A stretch of 64,000 nt of DNA from Archangium sp. GTDB lineage: Bacteria; Myxococcota; Myxococcia; Myxococcales; Myxococcaceae. Within the stretch, counting starts at the first letter, position 1. Each line of letters starts with the position of its first letter. The notes under the pieces were generated by a model. It ran no database searches, was not told where the DNA came from, and saw only the letters and a list, made by a program, of their open reading frames with translations. This document shows positions 27,631 through 35,676 of this stretch, piece after piece. The DNA lies in the NCBI GenBank assembly GCA_047600485.1, contig JASGKS010000001.1, positions 6,912,259 to 6,976,258 on the forward strand, in the 5' to 3' direction. Both the position numbers and the translations under genes were made by a program.

Positions 27631-28968
27631 TCAGAAGCCGACCACCCACGCGTTGATTTCGGTGCCCGAGTACGTCGTCGCGGTGCCGAAGGTGGTGGGC
27701 AGCGCAGTGGTGATGGTGAGCGAGCGGTACGCGGTGGTCGCGGTGTTGGTGCCGTGGAACACGCTGGTGTCGGTGCTGAAGTTGCTCATCAACCAGTACG
27801 TGCCCGCGGTGACGGTGGTCTGCGCAGTGGCTGGGATTTCGGTGCGGCCCGCAGTCGACGTGACGGTTGCCGTCGAGGCGACCAGCGTGCCCGGTGCTCC
27901 GGCGGAGTTCGTGTACAGCGCATAGCGCGCGGTGGCGCCGCTCGGAGCGCTCGAGAGATTGATGCCGAAGTGCGTGAGCGTGAACGTGGCCGGCACGGTG
28001 ATGGTGTGCCCGAGCAGATACGGCCCCTGGTGCGTGTTGGCGCTGCTGAAGGTGCCCGAGTTGCCGTAGCGCACCATGCCGCCGCCGCCGGTGCATTGAC
28101 CGGTGCTGCAGGTCTGCGTGCCGCTGCACACGTTGCACGTCGCTCCGTTGATGCCGCACGCCGCGAGCGTGGTGCCGGTCATGCACGTGCCGCTCGCCGA
28201 GCAGCAGCCCGCGCAGTTGGCCGCACTGCAGGTGGTGCTCACGCACTGATTGGTGGTGCACGTCTCGCCGCTGCCGCACGAGACGCAGGCGTCACCGCCG
28301 AAACCGCACGAGGCGTTGGTGGTGCCCGACAAACACGTGCCTCCCGAGTTGCAGCAGCCGGCGCAGTTCGCAGGGCTGCACGACGGAGGCGTCACGCACA
28401 GACCGTTCGAGCACGCGCGCCCGCCGGAGCACGCCTGGCAGAGGTTGCCGCCCGAGCCGCACGCCGCGGTGTTGTCGCCCGCCTGGCAGAAGCCGCCCGA
28501 GGTGCAGCAGCCGGCGCAGTTCGCGGGGCTGCAGGTCGCTCCGCCACCACCGGTCGGGCCGCCGCCACCGCCCGTCACTCCGCCGCCGCCGCCCGTGACG
28601 CCGCCACCGCCGGTCGTTCCACCGCCGGTCACGCCACCGCCTCCGCCCGTGACTCCGCCGCCTCCGCCCGTCGCTCCGCCGCCGCCGGTCGTACCGCCGC
28701 CACTTCCACCGCCGGTGCCGCCACCGCCTCCACCGCCCGCGAAAATCGGCGGCTGGCAGAAGCCGAAGTTGCACTGGTAGTTCGAGATGCACGCCTGGCA
28801 CATCGCGCCGCCGCTGCCGCACGCGGTCGGAAGCGAGCCGGGCTGACACGAGCCCGTGGCGTCACAACACCCGGTGCAGTTCGACATGGAGCACTTGTCC
28901 TTCGCGGGTCCGCACGAGACGACGAGTGAACCCAACGAGAGACAAACGACGAGCGGCAGAAATCGCAT
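27631..28968 (-). CDS. Lipoprotein with five tandem 8-Cys modules, poly-Gly linker and C-terminal beta-rich domain
   Basis: Signal peptide MRFLPLVVCLSLGSLVVSCG. Modules of the form CSxxNCxGCCxxxGxCxxGxxxxACGxxGxxCxxC....C. Confidence 0.65.
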   Translation of the reverse strand: MRFLPLVVCLSLGSLVVSCGPAKDKCSMSNCTGCCDATGSCQPGSLPTACGSGGAMCQACISNYQCNFGFCQPPIFAGGGGGGGTGGGSGGGTTGGGGATGGGGGVTGGGGGVTGGGTTGGGGVTGGGGGVTGGGGGPTGGGGATCSPANCAGCCTSGGFCQAGDNTAACGSGGNLCQACSGGRACSNGLCVTPPSCSPANCAGCCNSGGTCLSGTTNASCGFGGDACVSCGSGETCTTNQCVSTTCSAANCAGCCSASGTCMTGTTLAACGINGATCNVCSGTQTCSTGQCTGGGGMVRYGNSGTFSSANTHQGPYLLGHTITVPATFTLTHFGINLSSAPSGATARYALYTNSAGAPGTLVASTATVTSTAGRTEIPATAQTTVTAGTYWLMSNFSTDTSVFHGTNTATTAYRSLTITTALPTTFGTATTYSGTEINAWVVGF

Positions 28969-29011
28969 GAAGCGTGCTTACCCCAGTTGAGGTGGTGTAG
29001 GCGGGGGGCCC

Positions 29012-30154
29012 ATGACGATCGAGGTTCGCCCCGTCCGCGGAAAGAAAGAGCTCGAAGTGTTCCTGCACGTGCCGTGGAGCGTGGGCATGGACAAGGAACC
29101 CAACTGGGTGCCGCCGCTGCTCGACGACTACCGCAAGCAGCTGAACCCCGCGAAGAGCATCTTCCTCGAGCACGGTGAGCTGGAGATCTGGACCGCGTTC
29201 AAGGACGGCAAGCCCGTCGGCCGCATCAGCGCGCAGATCGACACCGACTACGACAAGGTGTGGCCCAACGAGCCGAAGACGTGCTTCTTCGGTTTCTTCG
29301 AGTGCGCTGACGACGTCGAGGTCGCGAAGGCGCTGTTCGCGAAGGCCGAAGCGTGGGCGAAGGAAAAAGGTCGCGTGCGCATGCGCGGTCCGTTCACGCC
29401 CGACACCAAGGGAGAGGTCGGCGTGCTGGTGAACGGCTTCGACAAGCCGTCGATGATCGGCACGATGTGGAACCGCCCGTTCATGGACAAGCTGATCCAG
29501 GACGCGGGTTACCCCAAGGTGAAGGACGTCATCGGCTGGTGGTACGACCGCTCGCAGCCGATGGACGAGACGACGAAGAAGCTCGCCGACAAGACGCGCG
29601 CGCTTCCGAACGTGAAGATTCGCAAGATGGAGCTGAGCGAGTTCAAGCGCGAAGCGAACATCATCCAGGAGATCTACAACGAGGCCTGGAAGGAGAACTG
29701 GAACTTCACTCCGTTCACCAACAAAGAGCTCGAGGTCATCGCCAACGACTACAAGATGTTCATCGACACGAACCTCACGTTCGTGGCGGAGATCGACGGC
29801 AAGCCCGCGGCGATGTGCTTCGCGATTCCCGACATCAACGAGCTGATCAAGGACTTCAACGGCGAGCTCGGGCCCATCAACATCGCCAAGCTGCTGTGGC
29901 GGCTGAAGTTCAACCGGCCGAAGAACATCCGTCTGATCATGCTCGGCGTGAAAGACGAGTTCCGCGCGTCGCGAAAGTACGGCGCGCTCGTCGCGTGCCT
30001 CTACGAAGACATCGCGACGCACGGCAAGGCGGCCGGCTACCAGTCGAGCGAGCTCTCGTGGACGCTCGAAGACAACGTCGGCATCAACCGTGGCATCGAG
30101 CGCATGGGCGGCAAGGAATACAAGCGCTGGCGCATCTACGAGAAGCCGCTCTGA
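29012..30154 (+). CDS. GNAT-fold acyltransferase-like protein (conserved hypothetical)
   Basis: 380-aa conserved protein; the fold assignment is an inference. Confidence 0.55.
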   Translation: MTIEVRPVRGKKELEVFLHVPWSVGMDKEPNWVPPLLDDYRKQLNPAKSIFLEHGELEIWTAFKDGKPVGRISAQIDTDYDKVWPNEPKTCFFGFFECADDVEVAKALFAKAEAWAKEKGRVRMRGPFTPDTKGEVGVLVNGFDKPSMIGTMWNRPFMDKLIQDAGYPKVKDVIGWWYDRSQPMDETTKKLADKTRALPNVKIRKMELSEFKREANIIQEIYNEAWKENWNFTPFTNKELEVIANDYKMFIDTNLTFVAEIDGKPAAMCFAIPDINELIKDFNGELGPINIAKLLWRLKFNRPKNIRLIMLGVKDEFRASRKYGALVACLYEDIATHGKAAGYQSSELSWTLEDNVGINRGIERMGGKEYKRWRIYEKPL

Positions 30155-30162
30155 GCAATCTC

Positions 30163-30203
30163 TCCCTCTCCTTGCGAAGCGGGGAGAGGGTCGGGGTGAG
30201 GGG
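30163..30203. repeat. REP-like palindromic element copy (CCCTCTCC-ttgcgaagc-GGGGAGAGGG-TCGGGGTGAGGGG)
   Basis: Lies 3' of the GNAT-like gene. Confidence 0.5.
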
Positions 30204-30233
30204 CCGCAGCTGATCAGCTGACGCGTCAACGGT

Positions 30234-31100
30234 GTGGCAGGTGGCACTGGGCGTTGCCCGACGTCACCGTTGTTGATGCGCGTGATGCACGAGAGCGGCG
30301 TGGTGCGGGTGCGGCAGACCCGTCAGGGCGCGATGGCGTACCCGACCACCGACGCACACGTCGGTCGCTCACTCGATCTCTACGGGCAGTGGGCGCAGGC
30401 CGAGCTCGAGCTGTGCGGCCTGTTTCTCAAACCGGGCTCCATCGCCATCGACGTCGGCGCGAACCTCGGCACGCACGCGGTGTCGTTCGCACAGCGCGTC
30501 GGCCCGACCGGAGCGGTCATCGCCTTCGAGCCGCAGCGCCTCATGCACCAGCTGTTGTGCACCAACGCGACGCTCAACGGAGTCTCGTGGCTGCGCGCAG
30601 TGCACGGCGCGGTGGGTGCCGAAGCTGGAGCCATCACCGTGCCCGACGTCGACTACTCGTCGAGCGGAAACTTCGGAGGCCTCTCGCTCGCGGCTCCGGC
30701 GAACGGCGGTGACACCGTGCCCCTGTTCGCGCTCGACACGCTCGGGCTGCCGCGGTGTGCGTTGATCAAGATCGACGTCGAGGGAATGGAAGGCCAGGTG
30801 CTCGACGGCGCGCGCGCGCTCATCGCGTCGACGCGGCCGGCCATCTACTTCGAGCACAACGCGCCGAACGGAGCGCCCGACGTCATCGAGCGGCTGCTCC
30901 GTCACGAGTACGCGTGCTTCTGGCACTTCAGTCCGTTCTTCGACGCGAAGAACTTCGCGGGCGAAACGAAGGACGTGTTCGGCGGGCTCCTCGACGCGAA
31001 CGTCCTCGCAGTGCCACGCGCGATGGCCGGTGGACTCGAGACGGTGCTGCGGCCGGTGCTCAGCCCGCAGGACACCGCGCACCAAGCACTCGCACGCTGA
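30234..31100 (+). CDS. FkbM-family SAM-dependent methyltransferase
   Basis: IDVGANLGTHAV...AFEP...LIKIDVEGMEGQVLDGA. Start may be the internal M at 30276. Confidence 0.65.
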   Translation: MAGGTGRCPTSPLLMRVMHESGVVRVRQTRQGAMAYPTTDAHVGRSLDLYGQWAQAELELCGLFLKPGSIAIDVGANLGTHAVSFAQRVGPTGAVIAFEPQRLMHQLLCTNATLNGVSWLRAVHGAVGAEAGAITVPDVDYSSSGNFGGLSLAAPANGGDTVPLFALDTLGLPRCALIKIDVEGMEGQVLDGARALIASTRPAIYFEHNAPNGAPDVIERLLRHEYACFWHFSPFFDAKNFAGETKDVFGGLLDANVLAVPRAMAGGLETVLRPVLSPQDTAHQALAR

Positions 31101-31138
31101 TTCCGCGCGATGAAGAGGGTCGTGGTGAGAGGCGAGCT

Positions 31139-31174
31139 CCCCCTCTCCCGCGAGGGAGAGGGTCGGGGTGAGGG
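31139..31174. repeat. REP-like palindromic element copy (CCCCCTCTCCCGCGAGGGAGAGGGTCGGGGTGAGGG) between convergent genes
   Basis: A partial second copy lies upstream at 31112..31136. Confidence 0.5.
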
Positions 31175-31185
31175 TAAACCTGCAG

Positions 31186-32211
31186 TTACCCCTCGACGCG
31201 ATTACGCCCGAGCTTCTTCGCGCGATAGAGCGCGGCGTCAGCACGAGCGAGCCACGCACTCGAAATCTCACCACGCTCACGAGTCGCGACCCCGACGCTG
31301 ACCGTCACTCCGAGCTGTTCCCCCGCCCACGGCACGCGCAGCGAAGCGATCGCCTCACGCAAACGCTCCGCAGCCTTCATCGCCTCGCCGTGCGGAAGCT
31401 CGCTGATCAACGCGACCATCTCTTCACCGCCGTAGCGCGCGACGAAATCCGAACGTCCACGGAACGCACGCGCCGCGGCGTTGGCGACCGCCTTCAGAAT
31501 CGCATCACCCGCGGGATGCCCGTACGTGTCGTTCACCTTCTTGAAGTGATCGATGTCGAACAACAACACCGCCGCCGGAGTGCCGCTGATCATCGCGAAC
31601 TCGCTGGTCTGCTCGAAGCGCACGTCGAACGCCTTGCGGTTGAACAGCTGCGTGAGCCCGTCGGTGTTCGCTTCACGCCGAGCGACCTCGAGCTGCGAAG
31701 TCACCGAGCTCAGCTTCGCGGCCAGCGCCGAGAGCTGCTTCTCCTGCCGTTCGCGACGAACCTGCAGCGCGGTCTGCACCTGCTTCACCGCATCGAGCGC
31801 AAGCTTGCGCACGTCGGCCGCCGGAGCGTTCTGCATCGCCGCGCTCAAGTGGCCCATCGATTCGTTCAGCTTCTGATCAGCCACGTCGCTCGCCGACGCT
31901 TCGCGATTGAGCGAAGAGATGAACGTCCACACCACGTCGCGCAACCCGTCGACGCTCAGCGTGAACTCGCTCTGTTCCTGTTTTCGCTGCGCGGTGAACT
32001 GCGCGCGCAATTCAGCGAACGCCTTCGCGCCCGCCCCTGCCGCTCCACCGCTCGGAGGCGCGATGCCGGTCAGCAGGTGCTGCGACCATTGATCGAACAA
32101 CGCCTGCGTCTTGCGCGCGTCTTGCCGCTCGAGGTCGAACGAGAAGCGCCCGTAGTCGCGCACCACGCCCGCGAGCGTGTCGAGGAGCTGATCATCGGGG
32201 CCCTTGCCCAT
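31186..32211 (-). CDS. GGDEF diguanylate cyclase with coiled-coil N-terminus (variant GGEEM motif)
   Basis: DGLTQLFNRKAF...RYGGEEMVAL...LYRAKKLGRNRV. Start chosen at MGKGPDD to avoid overlap with the divergent gene. Confidence 0.65.
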   Translation of the reverse strand: MGKGPDDQLLDTLAGVVRDYGRFSFDLERQDARKTQALFDQWSQHLLTGIAPPSGGAAGAGAKAFAELRAQFTAQRKQEQSEFTLSVDGLRDVVWTFISSLNREASASDVADQKLNESMGHLSAAMQNAPAADVRKLALDAVKQVQTALQVRRERQEKQLSALAAKLSSVTSQLEVARREANTDGLTQLFNRKAFDVRFEQTSEFAMISGTPAAVLLFDIDHFKKVNDTYGHPAGDAILKAVANAAARAFRGRSDFVARYGGEEMVALISELPHGEAMKAAERLREAIASLRVPWAGEQLGVTVSVGVATRERGEISSAWLARADAALYRAKKLGRNRVEG

Positions 32212-32259
32212 CTGAGAACGGTAAGCGCCGGCCACGCACCACGCGCGACAGTCAAAGTC

Positions 32260-33285
32260 GTGACGCGTAGAATTCGCTCGTTCGTGACCGCGGTGCCTGA
32301 CGTGATTCTCGAGTCGCTCGCGGCACGACCCGACGACGTCGGCGTGTGGCAGGTGCTCACCGACTTTCTGCTCGAGACCGGAGCGCCGGGCGCTTCCCTC
32401 GCGATGTGCGAGCTGGAACTGATGAAGGGCATCTCCAACCCCGATCTGCTCGGTGAGCTGGCCGAGGCGCGCGCGCAACGCGAGAAGCTGCCGTTCGAGC
32501 CGTGGGGCGGGTACCCCGCATTGTGGAAGTGCGGCTTCGTGGTGCGCATGCAGCTCTCGTTGCAGAGCCGCACGTCGGAATTGCCCGCAGTCTTGAAAGC
32601 ACCAGCGATGCGCGGGCTACACCACCTCATCTTGAGTGAAGACTCGGGACGCACGGGCGCGCTGCTGTTCGGTACCGAAGAAGAGCGCCTCGCGTGGCCG
32701 ACGATTTCGCAGCGGCTGCCGACGTTGTTGGGAGCGGTCACTCCGCATCTGCGGCGGCTCTCGTTGCGTGTCGAGGAACGCTACGTGCCGCTGCAGGCCG
32801 AAGAGCAGCGCGCCGCGTTGCGTGCGTTGCTCAGCGCGTTGCCCAGGAAGCTCGACCGGCTCGACCTCGCGCTCGGCGTGCTGCACGAACTTTCCATCGA
32901 GCCGCTGCTGGAGCTGATCAGCCAGGTGCCATCGGTCTGCCTCGATGGAACGCGACTCCCGCTGAGCCCGGGCTTCGCTGATCAGCTGCAGAGCGTGAGC
33001 ACCGGACACGTGTATCTGGCCGGCACCGGGCTCTCCCCGCGCAACGTCACCGCCAAAGACTGGCTCGCGCCCGACGTGAAGACCTGGCTCGAGTTGGAGA
33101 GCACGGGCGCGCTGGTGCCGCTCACGGCGGTCGCGACTCCGGACGGTTTCGATTCACCGGCGTGGCCGCGGCTGCGCGCGTATCTGCAGAAGGACCTGCT
33201 CGGCTTCTCGGTGCAGGGCGAGCTGCTCGAGCCCGGAGCGGTGCTCAACCTCGACGACGTGCTCGCCGTGTTCAGGCGGCGCTGA
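32260..33285 (+). CDS. TIGR02996-like repeat-companion/LRR protein (paralog)
   Basis: WQVLTDFLLETGAPGASLAMCEL motif with an L-rich body. GTG start at 32260; the upstream part of the track ORF is off-frame junk. Confidence 0.5.
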   Translation: MTRRIRSFVTAVPDVILESLAARPDDVGVWQVLTDFLLETGAPGASLAMCELELMKGISNPDLLGELAEARAQREKLPFEPWGGYPALWKCGFVVRMQLSLQSRTSELPAVLKAPAMRGLHHLILSEDSGRTGALLFGTEEERLAWPTISQRLPTLLGAVTPHLRRLSLRVEERYVPLQAEEQRAALRALLSALPRKLDRLDLALGVLHELSIEPLLELISQVPSVCLDGTRLPLSPGFADQLQSVSTGHVYLAGTGLSPRNVTAKDWLAPDVKTWLELESTGALVPLTAVATPDGFDSPAWPRLRAYLQKDLLGFSVQGELLEPGAVLNLDDVLAVFRRR

Positions 33286-33286
33286 G

Positions 33287-33709
33287 TCAGCGCGTGCCGT
33301 CCCACTCACCGCCGTCGTCGTCCTGATCTCCGTGACCCCACGTGCCCTCGAAGGAGTGCCCGTCGGCGCGAAACACGAAACGCATGCGACCGTAGCGGTC
33401 TCCACCTTCGTCCCACCGCCCGCGCAATTCGTTGCCGGTGATGGTGCCTTCGAACGAGCCTTCGATGGTGCCTTCCACTCCGGGCTCGGGCCGCGCGGTC
33501 GTGGTGTACGTCGCCGTCACGCGCTCGCCCTGCTGCACCATCGTCACCACCGCGACGTAGTCACCGCCGCCGATCCACTTCGTGTTCCACGGGCCGCTCA
33601 CGTCGGGCACTGGCGTCGACGAAACGGTCTCGGAAATTCCGTACACGTAGCGCACACAACCCGACATCAAGGCGAGCGCTGCGCAGCTAGCAATAAGGAG
33701 TGATCGCAC
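33287..33709 (-). CDS. Small lipoprotein (hypothetical)
   Basis: MRSLLIASCAALALMSGC lipobox. Confidence 0.5.
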   Translation of the reverse strand: MRSLLIASCAALALMSGCVRYVYGISETVSSTPVPDVSGPWNTKWIGGGDYVAVVTMVQQGERVTATYTTTARPEPGVEGTIEGSFEGTITGNELRGRWDEGGDRYGRMRFVFRADGHSFEGTWGHGDQDDDGGEWDGTR

Positions 33710-33740
33710 GAGGGACTCCGACGGAGAGCCCTCAGCCTGA

Positions 33741-33789
33741 CTTCACTTCCCGAGCACGTCCATCGCGGCGTTCACCACGCCCGAGTACT
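33741..33789. repeat. Left copy of 49-bp direct repeat (duplicated 3' end of the hydrolase gene), islet boundary
   Basis: CTTCACTTCCCGAGCACGTCCATCGCGGCGTTCACCACGCCCGAGTACT, identical to 35628..35676. Confidence 0.85.
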
Positions 33790-33830
33790 CCTGCACGGTA
33801 GTCGGCGTGTGTGCGTTGCCGCAGAACCAT

Positions 33831-34232
33831 TCAGGGAGACGCGCGTCGCCTTGGTCTCTTGGTTCCGGACAACGCCGTTTTCAGCACTGCGCGTCGCCGC
33901 TCGACTACTTCTGTCGGCGGTAAAGCTGGCTCCATTCGAGGGAATATCAATCCCACCGCTCCTCCGACCGGCCGGAGTACGGCGTTCATCGTGTCGATGG
34001 TCGGGTTCGAATCGGGTTTGTCTTCAACGACCTGCAGTGCCGATGTTGAGATCTTCACGAGGCGTGCAAAGTCCGAGCGATTCTTCCGGAGCACCACAGC
34101 GCGAAGAAACCGCACCGCATCACCGAACCGCCACTCACCCTGGTTTACAAGAGCGGCCACATCTTCCAAGAGATCCTTGCGTTCCATCGGGCCCATCGCT
34201 GCGAGTTCATCGCGCTTCAAAGCAGACCCCAC
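33831..34232 (-). CDS. XRE-family HTH protein (putative antitoxin, HipB-like)
   Basis: HTH GEWRFGDAVRFLRAVVLRKNRSDFARLVKISTSALQVVE. Overlaps the HipA-like stop by 16 nt. Confidence 0.6.
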   Translation of the reverse strand: MGSALKRDELAAMGPMERKDLLEDVAALVNQGEWRFGDAVRFLRAVVLRKNRSDFARLVKISTSALQVVEDKPDSNPTIDTMNAVLRPVGGAVGLIFPRMEPALPPTEVVERRRAVLKTALSGTKRPRRRASP

Positions 34233-35509
34233 TCCTTCAGCCGCTTGTCCGTGCGCTGAAGTCCCAAGCCTGGGAACTCAAGAGTCTCTTTCGGCAAGCC
34301 GAGTTTCATCAGCAGCACTGGCAGATCTGTGAGCTTCTCGCCGAGTTCCCGCAGTCCGTCACGCACTGTCGCCTCATGTTCTCCAAAGGTCGAGATGACG
34401 CCCTGCCAGTTAATGTCGCCGCCCCTCTCGAGAGGCCCCCACGTAGTGGACCGGGCGATACCGTCGAGATCCATCTTCATCGGCGCGAAGTCGTACACCG
34501 GGGACAGACAAACAGCGTCCTCGCTCTTTAGGAGTGACGTGTTCCGACCGTGGTTATCGGAGTTACCGAACACGAGGTTGAGGACGTCTCGCCGGACATA
34601 CTCAAGAAGAAGTGCCGGCCATGAGGATGCCGGGACTACCTTTCGCAACTCCGCGAGCACATCTTGGTGTCGCAGTCGCGAGCCAGGACCAGCAGAGAGG
34701 AGCGAATACATCGACTCCACTCCCAGGCGCACTTCTTGACCGTCACGACGGCGTACGTCGAAGCGGGGCAACCACAGGCTCGGGCCGGCCTGTCCCTCGC
34801 GGAGTTCCATACCCTCGGTAGAGATGGTGTCGATGCCCAACTCTGCGAGAGCCCGATAGAAGACGTACTCCGAGCGGAGGATGAGCTGATCGCGTTCGTG
34901 CCTCGTTCGAGCGAACTTCACGAGTAAGTGACTCGCCGAATCTCCTGGTTCGTCCTGCCAGACATCGATCCAGACTCGGCCATCGGGATCTTTCCGCAGC
35001 AGCAGTTTGGGGGAATCACCGCCAGCGCCGGTTGCTCCGCCAACCTGCGCGCCATGCTCAGCGGCCCATTCGATGAAGTCGTGTTCTCGCTCGACGACAG
35101 CGTCCGCGGGAAAGCGGCGTGGCGGGCTATTTGACCTTGGTGGCACCGACTCTGCGATGCGCAGGTTACCCACTGGCGCCACGGTGCCTTGGCTCAGGAG
35201 ACGTAGATCGCTGCTGGGTGCGTCCGCAAGCCCAAGCCGATTGAGCCACCAGCGCCGCGCATTGGCCATTGGTCGGACGTCATCAAGAAACGAAGGCCAT
35301 TTCGGAGAGAGCGTCGGACCGAAGGTCAGTGGAAGGCGCAGGCTCGCTGCTGTGTCGAAGCGGTGCGATCCCAGCCGAGCCTCCAAGTAGGCGAACTCGT
35401 ACTCGAAGTAGCACCGTCCAACGTCGCCAGTGGCGTCTGGAAACTCAAGGATCGCAGCCTTCTCCCAGCGGCCGTCCAAGAGCATCTCCAGCGTCAGAGA
35501 AGCTGTCAT
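34217..35509 (-). CDS. HipA-like Ser/Thr kinase toxin
   Basis: HipA C-terminal catalytic motif LVFGNSDNHGRNTSLL with HipA N-domain-like sequence. ATG 35509 is preceded by an AT-rich promoter. Confidence 0.7.
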   Translation of the reverse strand: MTASLTLEMLLDGRWEKAAILEFPDATGDVGRCYFEYEFAYLEARLGSHRFDTAASLRLPLTFGPTLSPKWPSFLDDVRPMANARRWWLNRLGLADAPSSDLRLLSQGTVAPVGNLRIAESVPPRSNSPPRRFPADAVVEREHDFIEWAAEHGAQVGGATGAGGDSPKLLLRKDPDGRVWIDVWQDEPGDSASHLLVKFARTRHERDQLILRSEYVFYRALAELGIDTISTEGMELREGQAGPSLWLPRFDVRRRDGQEVRLGVESMYSLLSAGPGSRLRHQDVLAELRKVVPASSWPALLLEYVRRDVLNLVFGNSDNHGRNTSLLKSEDAVCLSPVYDFAPMKMDLDGIARSTTWGPLERGGDINWQGVISTFGEHEATVRDGLRELGEKLTDLPVLLMKLGLPKETLEFPGLGLQRTDKRLKEWGLL

Positions 35510-35627
35510 AGTATTTTATAATATCTTATCCAGCCTGGTTCCGACGCCGAAAATATACTTTAAAGTACTATGGGCGCTCGCGGACCCGCACAATTACTAC
35601 TAAAGAAGTAATCCGCCTCAACGCGAG
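35510..35627 (-). promoter_or_regulatory. AT-rich promoter region of the islet operon
   Basis: Minus-strand sense TTTAAAGTATATTTTCGG...GATAAGATATTATAAAATACT directly upstream of the HipA-like ATG. Confidence 0.4.
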
Positions 35628-35676
35628 CTTCACTTCCCGAGCACGTCCATCGCGGCGTTCACCACGCCCGAGTACT
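35628..35676. repeat. Right copy of 49-bp direct repeat (functional 3' end of the hydrolase gene)
   Basis: Identical to 33741..33789; encodes ...QYSGVVNAAMDVLGK*. Confidence 0.85.

Larger units (their letters stand above)
33741..35676. mobile_element. Low-GC genomic islet carrying a HipA-like/HTH toxin-antitoxin pair, flanked by direct repeats (no integrase)
   Basis: GC is visibly lower than the surroundings. AT-rich promoter at 35510..35627. Direct repeats duplicate the target gene's 3' end. Confidence 0.5.

Noticed and set aside
27431-28279. N-terminal 283 aa of track ORF 26495..28279
   Set aside because: This part overlaps the well-supported Cys-module lipoprotein gene on the same strand. 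Its translation is His/Arg-rich junk, and no in-frame start exists between 27430 and 27630. The gene was trimmed to 26495..27430.
31168-32259. First roughly 360 aa of track ORF 31168..33285 (+)
   Set aside because: It overlaps the GGDEF gene on the opposite strand and has no recognisable features. The real gene begins at GTG 32260 with the TIGR02996-like motif.
33741-35676. Complete integrative element (prophage/ICE) at the direct repeats
   Set aside because: No integrase, recombinase or transfer genes lie between the repeats, only the two-gene toxin-antitoxin cassette. It was called a degenerate islet or remnant instead.
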